Assembly (NCBI RefSeq): GCF_000021865.1
Contig: NC_014034.1
Location: forward strand, 2,610,001-2,642,000
Length of the DNA stretch: 32,000 nucleotides
Source: Rhodobacter capsulatus SB 1003
GTDB lineage: Bacteria > Pseudomonadota > Alphaproteobacteria > Rhodobacterales > Rhodobacteraceae
Reading direction: 5' to 3'
Shown here: positions 7,835 to 14,995 of the stretch, piece after piece
Layout of the letters: each line of letters opens with the position of its first letter
How positions within the stretch are numbered: position 1 is the stretch's first letter
Notes under the pieces: model-generated
The model's database searches: none
Seen by the model: the letters and a program-made list of their open reading frames with translations, nothing else
What the model was told of the DNA's origin: nothing
Program-made: the position numbers and the translations under genes

Positions 7835-8149
7835 GGGCTTTCGCAGCCTCCCGAAGTTGCGCAACCCGCGGCTGCAGATGGCGGACATGACCAAAGACGA
7901 CCCGGTCGGCTGGCTTGTTGATGAGTTTGCCCTTCAACACCGACCCCCGGACGTCTTTGGCAAAGGTCGGACCAACGGCGTCACGGCACAATCCGAAACG
8001 ACACGCCCCGCAGGACATGCCCGGCAAGTACAGGAAGACCATCGTAAATCCCGGTGGTCAAGGGGGATTCGTCGGCGCTTGCGCGGCGTCGCCCGCAGTT
8101 GCCACAGCCGCGGCAAGCACGCCCCGCGCCCCCCGGCCGTCGTCGCCAC

Positions 8150-8200
8150 GCATAAAAAATACCAAAACTCGATAAACGCAGTGGACTTTTTTCCGAAGAT
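8150..8200. promoter_or_regulatory. AT-rich patch, a candidate shared divergent promoter / Lrp-binding region
   Basis: This is the only AT-rich segment (cataaaaaataccaaaactcgataaacgcagtggacttttttccgaag) in the roughly 400-bp gap between the biosynthetic operon and the Lrp gene. No transcription start can be derived from sequence alone. Confidence 0.3.
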
Positions 8201-8239
8201 GGCATTCCCTTGCCAAAGACGCAGCTTCGGAGAGCCCGG

Positions 8240-8713
8240 ATGGCCCAGCTTGACCTGATCGACCGCAAGATTGTTTCTGAACTGATGCGCGACGCGACGC
8301 TGCCGGTGGCGCAGATCGCCGACCGGGTCGGGCTGTCGCAGACGCCGTGCTGGAAGCGGATCCAGAAACTGGAAGCCTCGGGGGTGATCGAAAAGCGCGT
8401 CGCGCTGGCCAATCCGCAGGAACTGGGGCTGGGCCTGACCGTCTTTGTCGCCATCGAGGCCCCCGATCACGGCCCGGAGTGGCGGGCCGCCTTTGCCGCC
8501 GCGGTCGAAAAACTGCCCGAAATCATGGAGGTCTGGCGCATGGCGGGGGAAATGGATTACCTGCTGCGCGTCGCGGTCTCGGACATGGCGGCCTATGACC
8601 TGCTTTACCGCCGCCTGACCGATGCGGTGCCGATCCGCAACATCACCTCGCATTTCGCGATGGAGCGGCTGCGCCACACCACCGCCTATCCGATCGACAC
8701 CAAAAGCTGGTAG
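8240..8713 (+). CDS. Lrp/AsnC-family transcriptional regulator (157 aa)
   Basis: ATG at 8240 with GGAGAG 5 nt upstream. The N-terminal HTH is LDLIDRKIVSELMRDATLPVAQIADRVGLSQTPCWKRIQKLEASGVI. The C-terminal part is an RAM/AsnC_trans_reg-like domain. Confidence 0.9.
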   Translation: MAQLDLIDRKIVSELMRDATLPVAQIADRVGLSQTPCWKRIQKLEASGVIEKRVALANPQELGLGLTVFVAIEAPDHGPEWRAAFAAAVEKLPEIMEVWRMAGEMDYLLRVAVSDMAAYDLLYRRLTDAVPIRNITSHFAMERLRHTTAYPIDTKSW

Positions 8714-8719
8714 GCGGCT

Positions 8720-9436
8720 TCAGCGCGCCGACAGCACCGACACCAGATCGCCCCCGGCAGGTGCCCTGCCCGACAGGTCCAGCGTCGCGGCGATGTCTTG
8801 CAGATGCGCCGCCATCAGCCGTTCCGCCGCCGCCCCGTCGCGCGCGCGCAGCGCCTGCAGCAGCGTGGCATGGTCATGGTCGCGGCAGGTCTCCAGCCCC
8901 GGCGCCCCGTAAATCGCCACGATCAGCGAGCTGCGCGCCACCAATTCGCGCAGCATCCGTTCCAGCGTGGCATTGCCGCTCGCCTCGGCCAGCTGCAGAT
9001 GGAACTGCCCCGAAAGCCGGATCGCCTCGTGGCGGCTGCCGCGCTCATGGGCGGCGGCCTCTTCGGCGATGAACCGTTCCAGCGCGGCGATTTCCGTGGC
9101 GCCCGCGCGCTCGGCCACCAGACGCGCGATCGCCGGTTCCAGCGCCGCGCGCGCCTCGAACACGTCGCGCGCCTGCGCCGGGGTGGGGCTCGCCACATAG
9201 GCGCCGCGGTTTTCGCGCAGCTCCACCACCTCGCGGCTGGCCAGAAGCAGCAGACAGCGGCGGATCCGCATCCGCCCGACCCCGAAGGCCTTGCACAATT
9301 CCGATTCGGACAGCTTGGTCCCCGCGGCCAGCCGCCGTTCCATCACTGCCTCGAAAATGCGCTCGACGATCTCGGTTTCGGTGATTTCGTCACCAGCACC
9401 GGAACCGTCTGTCTCTTGTGCGGGGCTCTCGTTCAT
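8720..9436 (-). CDS. GntR-family regulator with an FCD (FadR C-terminal type) ligand domain
   Basis: Winged HTH: ERIFEAVMERRLAAGTKLSESELCKAFGVGRMRIRRCLLLLASREVVELRENRGAYV. An all-helical FCD-like domain follows. The start was chosen at ATG 9434-9436; the alternative at 9478 cannot be excluded. Confidence 0.85.
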   Translation of the reverse strand: MNESPAQETDGSGAGDEITETEIVERIFEAVMERRLAAGTKLSESELCKAFGVGRMRIRRCLLLLASREVVELRENRGAYVASPTPAQARDVFEARAALEPAIARLVAERAGATEIAALERFIAEEAAAHERGSRHEAIRLSGQFHLQLAEASGNATLERMLRELVARSSLIVAIYGAPGLETCRDHDHATLLQALRARDGAAAERLMAAHLQDIAATLDLSGRAPAGGDLVSVLSAR

Positions 9437-9540
9437 CACACATGGTCCGAAACATCCTGTCTTCACAGGCAAATACATCCGCCCCCCGATGCCAGCAAGC
9501 GTCGCGGCGGTCACAGTCAGGATAACAGGATGGTTGACAG

Positions 9541-9554
9541 GATTGTTAACAATC
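9541..9554. promoter_or_regulatory. Perfect 14-bp palindrome GATTGTTAACAATC, a candidate GntR-type operator
   Basis: Read directly. It lies in the 204-bp divergent region between the GntR gene and the ABC binding-protein gene. It contains the GT-N-AC core typical of GntR-family operators. ACAGGAT repeats flank it at 9525-9531 and 9537-9543, with an inverted copy at 9454-9460. Confidence 0.4.
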
Positions 9555-9640
9555 TTTTCCCTGACCTCAGGCAACCGCGTCAGAGCGCCGGATCATGGCT
9601 CTGGTGCAAACATAAAGACGGTCCACAGGGAGTTTCCACG

Positions 9641-10828
9641 ATGAACAGACGCACCATGCTCACCACCTCCGCGCTTGCGGTCGTGGCGGCGCTTTCGCTT
9701 TCCGCCACGCTGGCCCGGGCCGAGGAGACGCTGAAGATCGGCTTCGTCGGCGTCACCTCGGGTCCGGCGGCGGCCTGGGGCACCTCGAACGTGCGCTCGA
9801 TGCAGACGCTGGCGGCGATGCTGAACGAAAAGGGCGGCGTCGAGATCGGCGGCACCGCCTACAAGATCGAGATCGTCACCTTTGACGACCAGAAGGACCC
9901 CAAACGCGCGATTGCCGGCATGGAGCAGATGGCGCAGCAGGGCATCCATTATGTCGTCGGCCCGAATGTCGATGACGGCGCCGCCGCCGTGCGCCCGGTG
10001 GCCGAGACGAATGACATCATCTACATCCCCTATGCCTTCCCGAAGGAACTTTACACCAAGCCCGCCGAAAACGCGATCCTGGGCATGGTGGCCAGCTATC
10101 AATCCGGCCCGGCAATCTACAAATACCTGAAAGAAAACAAGGGCGTCACCAAGGTCGCCTTTGTCGCGGCGAATGAATCCGACCCGCTGAGCCAGCGCGA
10201 CAGCGGCGTTGCGGCCGCCAAGGCGCTGGGCCTTGAGGTGACCTCCGCGGACGTGACCTATCAGGTCGACACCACCGATTTCACCCCGGTCCTGCTGCCG
10301 GTGCTGAAATCGCAGCCCGACCTTCTGGTGCTCTCGGGCGTCGCCCCGGCCGCCGCGCCGCAGCTGATCCGTTCGGCCCGCGATCTGGGCTACACCGGGC
10401 TCATTTCGACCGAGACCGCGCAGGATGCCAAGGTGATCGAGGAAGGCGCGGGCGAGGCGGCGAATGGCTTCATCTCGGTCGGCGGCGCCTCGACGCCCGA
10501 GATCGCCTCGGATTACATGAAGGACTTCGTCGCGAAATACACCGAGATGTTCGGCGAATACAACGACGAGTCGAACACCAAGGTCTATGCGCTGGAATAT
10601 ATCCTGCAGACGCTGAAAGCCGATCCGAAGGGCCTGACCGACATTGCCGCCTTCAAGACCGCGATCGACAGTTTCGCCGCGCCGAACCCTAACATGAAGG
10701 GCGATGCGAAGCTGAGCTATGTCGGCACCACCTCGTTCGGGCAGAAGCGGCAGCTGTCGGTGCCGCTCGTGGTGAACGAATACAAGGACGGCGCCTTCCA
10801 GACGCTGTTCGTCGCCACCGTCGATTGA
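9641..10828 (+). CDS. Periplasmic substrate-binding protein of a Liv-type (branched-chain amino acid family) ABC importer
   Basis: ATG 9641 with AGGGAG upstream. Signal peptide: MNRRTMLTTSALAVVAALSLSATLARA. The mature part is Peripla_BP_6-like (LKIGFVGVTSGPAAAWG...). Confidence 0.9.
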   Translation: MNRRTMLTTSALAVVAALSLSATLARAEETLKIGFVGVTSGPAAAWGTSNVRSMQTLAAMLNEKGGVEIGGTAYKIEIVTFDDQKDPKRAIAGMEQMAQQGIHYVVGPNVDDGAAAVRPVAETNDIIYIPYAFPKELYTKPAENAILGMVASYQSGPAIYKYLKENKGVTKVAFVAANESDPLSQRDSGVAAAKALGLEVTSADVTYQVDTTDFTPVLLPVLKSQPDLLVLSGVAPAAAPQLIRSARDLGYTGLISTETAQDAKVIEEGAGEAANGFISVGGASTPEIASDYMKDFVAKYTEMFGEYNDESNTKVYALEYILQTLKADPKGLTDIAAFKTAIDSFAAPNPNMKGDAKLSYVGTTSFGQKRQLSVPLVVNEYKDGAFQTLFVATVD

Positions 10829-10896
10829 CAAGCCCGACTGACAGGCCCCGGCCCGGCCGCGACCGGCCGGGCCATCCTTTGATCCGGGGAGAGGAC

Positions 10897-11766
10897 ATGG
10901 AGCAGATCATCGTCAACGGGCTCTTTCTTGGCGCATCCTATGCGCTGATCGCGCTCGGCCTCACGCTCATCTTTTCGCTGATGAACGTGCTCAATTTCGC
11001 CCATGGGCAGATGTATGTGATCGGCGGGTTCATCACCTATACGGTGGTGGCGCAGTTCCATCTGCCCTTCGTCGTCGGGCTGATCTGTTCGGCCGTCGCC
11101 TTGGCGGCGCTCGGCGCCTTTGTCGAAAGGTTCCTCTTTGCCCCGGTCATCCGCCGCTCGAAGCGCGAGGAATCGACGATGCTTCTGGCGGCCGGGATCG
11201 CGTTTTTCCTTGATGCGGTGACGCTTCTGGTCTTTGGCGAAAAGCAGCGCGGCATTCCGAAGCTTGTTCCGGGCGTCTTCAACTGGGATTTCCGCATCGT
11301 CATGCCCTATGACCGGATCCTGATCGGGGTCCTGGCCGTGGCGCTGATCGGGGCCTTCATCCTCTTCATGCGCCAATCCCGCACCGGACGCGCGATGCGG
11401 GCCCTGGCGCAAGACCGGATGGCGGCCGAGCTGATGGGGGTCGATGTCGCGCGCTATTCGATGATCGGCTTTGCGCTGGGCGCGATGCTGGCGGGGCTGG
11501 TGGGCGGGCTTCTCGTCTCGATCGTCGGCGTGAACCTTGGCATGGGCGGCCCGACCTCGATCAAGGCCTTTCTGATGATCATGATCGGCGGCGCCGGGGT
11601 GATTTCGGGCGCCATCGCCGGGGGCTTCATTCTGGGCATGCTGGAATCCGTGGGCCTGTCGCTGCTCGCAGCTTACGGCGACATCACCTATCTTGTCATC
11701 TTCGCCTCGCTGATGATTTTCCTCGCCTTCCGCCCGCAGGGGCTGATGGGCAAACCCTGGGGCTGA
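10897..11766 (+). CDS. LivH-type ABC permease
   Basis: ATG 10897 with GGGGAGAGG upstream. The translation is MEQIIVNGLFLGASYALIALGLTLIFSLMNVLNFAHGQ. It is a polytopic membrane protein. Confidence 0.9.
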   Translation: MEQIIVNGLFLGASYALIALGLTLIFSLMNVLNFAHGQMYVIGGFITYTVVAQFHLPFVVGLICSAVALAALGAFVERFLFAPVIRRSKREESTMLLAAGIAFFLDAVTLLVFGEKQRGIPKLVPGVFNWDFRIVMPYDRILIGVLAVALIGAFILFMRQSRTGRAMRALAQDRMAAELMGVDVARYSMIGFALGAMLAGLVGGLLVSIVGVNLGMGGPTSIKAFLMIMIGGAGVISGAIAGGFILGMLESVGLSLLAAYGDITYLVIFASLMIFLAFRPQGLMGKPWG

Positions 11767-11769
11767 GCC

Positions 11770-12741
11770 ATGATCCGTGCCGTTTCCCTCGCCGCTTTCC
11801 TGCTGGCGCTTTACATCGGCGTGCCGGGGCTGATCGCCCTCACCGGCCGGTGGGATTTCTACTACACGCTGACCTCGGTCGCGCTTTTGTCGATCGGCTC
11901 GGCCGGGGTCTGGCTGACCTTCTACATCGGCCGCATCAACATCGGTCAGGGCGCCTATGCGCTGGCGGGCGGCTATGTCGCCGCCATCCTGATCACCAAG
12001 CTGGGGGTCAATTTCTGGGCCACGCTGCCGCTTGCGGGGCTGTTTTGCGCCGGGCTGGCGGTGCTGATCGGCCTGCCGATCCTGCGGCTGCGGGGCGTCT
12101 ATTTCTCGATGGTGACGCTGGTTCTGACCGAGGTCGCCCGGCTTTCGGCCCTGGCCCTGCCGATCACCAATGGCGCGCGCGGCATCACCTCGATCCCGCT
12201 GCCGGGCGAGGTCTCGGTCTTCGGTCTGGTGCTCATCCCCGATTTCGCCACGCTCGAAAACCCGAAACTGGCGTTTTACCTGATGGCGGTGACGCTGATG
12301 TGCCTCGCCTATCTGGTGCTTTGGCGGCTGACCCGGTCGCGGCTGGGGCATCTCTTCCGGTCCCTGCAGCAAAACGAGGATCTGGCGGCCTCGATCGGGG
12401 TCAACATCGCGCTTCTCCGGGTGCTGGCCTATGCGATGTCTTCCTTCATGGGCGGCATCGCCGGGGCGGGCTTCGTGGTGATCTCGCAGTCGATCTATCC
12501 CTCCTCCTTTCAGGTCGCCGACAGCGTCAACTTCATGCTGAACTGCTTCCTGGGGGGCCTTGGCTTCGTCTTCGGCCCGATGCTGGGCACGCTGGTCCTC
12601 TACTTCGGCTGGTCGCTGCTTTTCGCCGCCGCGAAATACCAGATGCTGATCTATTCGACGCTGCTCATCGCCGCGATGCTGGTCGTGCCGAACGGCCTGC
12701 TCAGCCTGCCCGCGATGCTGCGCGGCAAGGGGGGGAAATGA
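11770..12741 (+). CDS. LivM-type ABC permease
   Basis: 323-codon hydrophobic ORF starting 3 nt after the previous stop. Its stop overlaps the next ATG (ATGA at 12738-12741). Confidence 0.9.
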   Translation: MIRAVSLAAFLLALYIGVPGLIALTGRWDFYYTLTSVALLSIGSAGVWLTFYIGRINIGQGAYALAGGYVAAILITKLGVNFWATLPLAGLFCAGLAVLIGLPILRLRGVYFSMVTLVLTEVARLSALALPITNGARGITSIPLPGEVSVFGLVLIPDFATLENPKLAFYLMAVTLMCLAYLVLWRLTRSRLGHLFRSLQQNEDLAASIGVNIALLRVLAYAMSSFMGGIAGAGFVVISQSIYPSSFQVADSVNFMLNCFLGGLGFVFGPMLGTLVLYFGWSLLFAAAKYQMLIYSTLLIAAMLVVPNGLLSLPAMLRGKGGK

Positions 12742-13520
12742 GCCCGATCCTGCAAATCCGCAATGTCACCAAGCGCTTCGACGGGCTGGTTGCGAATAAT
12801 GACATCAGCTTCGACGTCGCCGAGGGCGAGATCCTGTCGGTCATCGGCCCGAATGGCGCGGGGAAATCGACACTGTTCAAGATGATCTCGTCCTTCCTGC
12901 GCACCACATCGGGCGAGGTGCTGTTTCGCGGCGAACGGATCTCGAACCTGTCGCCCCATGCGGTGGCGCGCAAGGGCGTCGTGCGGACCTTTCAGGAAAC
13001 CACGATCTTCCGCGCCATGACGCTGCGCGAAAACGTCATCGTCGCGCATCACCTGCGCGCCCGGGCGACGCTGGCCGGGTTCTTTTTCGGATCGAGCGCG
13101 GCGCGGGCCGACGAGACCGCCTTTGCCGCCTCGGCCGACGAGATCATCGGCTTTCTGGGGCTGGGGGCGATTGCAAACGAACTTGCCTCGAACCTGCCGC
13201 AGGGGCATCTGCGGGCGCTGGGCATGGCGATTGGCCTCGCCACCAACCCGGCCGTGCTGCTTCTGGACGAGCCCTTCGCCGGGATGAACCATGACGAGAC
13301 GATGCGGATGGTGGCGCTGGTGCGGCGGCTGCGCGATGAACGCGGCATCACCGTGCTTCTGGTCGAACATGACATGCCGGCGGTGATGAAGATCTCGGAC
13401 CGGATCGTGGTCTTGAACTTCGGCGAAAAGATCGCCGAGGGCACGCCCGCGGAAATTCAGGAAAATCCGCGCGTGATCGAGGCCTATCTGGGCTCGGAAG
13501 ATGCTGCGATCGGGATGTGA
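12738..13520 (+). CDS. LivG-type ABC ATP-binding protein
   Basis: Walker A GPNGAGKST, Walker B LLLDEPFAGM, and a C-terminal IEAYLG motif. Confidence 0.9.
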   Translation: MSPILQIRNVTKRFDGLVANNDISFDVAEGEILSVIGPNGAGKSTLFKMISSFLRTTSGEVLFRGERISNLSPHAVARKGVVRTFQETTIFRAMTLRENVIVAHHLRARATLAGFFFGSSAARADETAFAASADEIIGFLGLGAIANELASNLPQGHLRALGMAIGLATNPAVLLLDEPFAGMNHDETMRMVALVRRLRDERGITVLLVEHDMPAVMKISDRIVVLNFGEKIAEGTPAEIQENPRVIEAYLGSEDAAIGM

Positions 13521-13523
13521 GAC

Positions 13524-14240
13524 ATGCTTCTGAGCCTTGAAAACATCGAGCTTTATTACGATCACGTCTATGCGCTCAAGGGCGTGTCGCTCAATCTGGC
13601 CGAGGGCGAGACGGTGGCCCTGATCGGCGCGAACGGGGCGGGGAAATCCTCGATCCTGCGCGCGATCACCGGCCTGCGCAAACCGCGCGCGGGCACGATC
13701 ACCTATCGCGGCGACCGGATCGACGGCAAATCCCCGGCCGAGATCGTGAAAATGGGCATCGCCATGGTGCCCGAGGGGCGGCGGGTGTTTCCGCTGATGT
13801 CGGTCAGGGACAATCTGCTGATGGGCGCTTTCACCCGCTCCGACACGGCCGGGATCGCGCGTTCGCTTGAGGCCGTGCTGACCCGGTTTCCGCGGCTGAA
13901 GGAACGCTATGGCCAGCAGGCGGGGACGCTTTCGGGCGGCGAGCAGCAGATGATGGTGATCGGCCGGGCGCTGATGGCGGCGCCGAAGCTTTTGTTGCTT
14001 GACGAGCCCTCGCTTGGGATCGCGCCGAAGCTGGTGCAGGACATCGCCCGCGCCATCGTGGCGATCAGCCGCGACGAGGGCGTGTCGGTGCTGCTGGTGG
14101 AGCAGAACAGCCGCATGGCGCTGTCGATTTCGGCGCGTGCCTATGCGCTCTCGACCGGCACTGTCGCGCTTTCGGGCGCCTCGGCCGACCTCATGCACGA
14201 CCCGCGGATCAAGGCGGCTTATCTGGGCGGAGACATCTGA
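13524..14240 (+). CDS. LivF-type ABC ATP-binding protein
   Basis: Walker A GANGAGKSS, signature LSGGEQQM, Walker B LLLDEPSLG, and a C-terminal AYLGG motif. Confidence 0.9.
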   Translation: MLLSLENIELYYDHVYALKGVSLNLAEGETVALIGANGAGKSSILRAITGLRKPRAGTITYRGDRIDGKSPAEIVKMGIAMVPEGRRVFPLMSVRDNLLMGAFTRSDTAGIARSLEAVLTRFPRLKERYGQQAGTLSGGEQQMMVIGRALMAAPKLLLLDEPSLGIAPKLVQDIARAIVAISRDEGVSVLLVEQNSRMALSISARAYALSTGTVALSGASADLMHDPRIKAAYLGGDI

Positions 14241-14971
14241 TGCGTCTGCTGGTGATCAATCCCAACACCACCGCCACGATGACGGAAAAGATCGGCGCCG
14301 CCGCGCGTCGGGTGGCCGCGCCGGGGACCGAGATCCTTGCGGTCAATCCGGGCCGCGGCCCCGCCTCGATCGAGGGCTATTACGACGAGGCGATCAGCCT
14401 CGCCGGTCTTCTGGAGGTGATCGGCAGCCGGTCGGATTATGACGCGGTGATCATCGCCTGTTTCGACGATACCGGGCTTGATGCCGCGCGCTGTCTGACC
14501 GACAAGCCGGTGATCGGCATCGGCGAGGCGGCCTTTCACATGGCGGCGATGCTGTCGAATTCGTTCTCGGTCGTCACCACTTTGGGCCGGTCGGTTCCGG
14601 CGATTTCGCACAATCTGGCCCGTTACGGTCTGGCCGCGCGCTGCGCCCGGGTGCGGGCTTCGGAAATTCCGGTGCTGGATCTGGAAGACCCGCTCAGCGA
14701 CGCCTCTGCGCGCATCGGCCATGAAGTCGCGCGGGCGATCCTTGAGGACCGGGCCGAGGCGATCGTGCTGGGCTGCGCGGGCATGACCGATCTGGCCCGG
14801 GCGCTGTCGCAGGCGCATGGGCTGCCGGTGCTCGATGGCGTCGTCTGCGCCGTGGCCCTGGCCGAGGGGATGGTGCGGCTTGGCCTGGCCACCTCGCGGC
14901 TGGGGGGCTATGCGCCGCCGCGGTTCGACAAATCGGCGCCGGTCCCGCCCGGGCGTGGGCCCGCCCCGTAA
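14240..14971 (+). CDS. Asp/Glu/hydantoin racemase family protein (hydantoin-racemase-like)
   Basis: The ATG shares one base with the LivF-type stop (TGATG). The translation starts MRLLVINPNTT. Two conserved Cys contexts are present, IIACFDDTG and VLGCAGM, matching the two-thiol racemase family. Confidence 0.85.
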   Translation: MRLLVINPNTTATMTEKIGAAARRVAAPGTEILAVNPGRGPASIEGYYDEAISLAGLLEVIGSRSDYDAVIIACFDDTGLDAARCLTDKPVIGIGEAAFHMAAMLSNSFSVVTTLGRSVPAISHNLARYGLAARCARVRASEIPVLDLEDPLSDASARIGHEVARAILEDRAEAIVLGCAGMTDLARALSQAHGLPVLDGVVCAVALAEGMVRLGLATSRLGGYAPPRFDKSAPVPPGRGPAP

Positions 14972-14995
14972 CCGGGACGGGCCGGGCCGGATCTG

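Noticed and set aside
7981-8205. 74-codon minus-strand ORF with a Cys-rich stretch (ACRGCGNCG), considered as a possible precursor peptide for the radical SAM enzyme
   Set aside because: Its first about 20 codons lie in the AT-rich promoter-like patch and have very low third-position GC. It has no Shine-Dalgarno sequence. It also overlaps the more coding-like 8042 ORF in a different frame.
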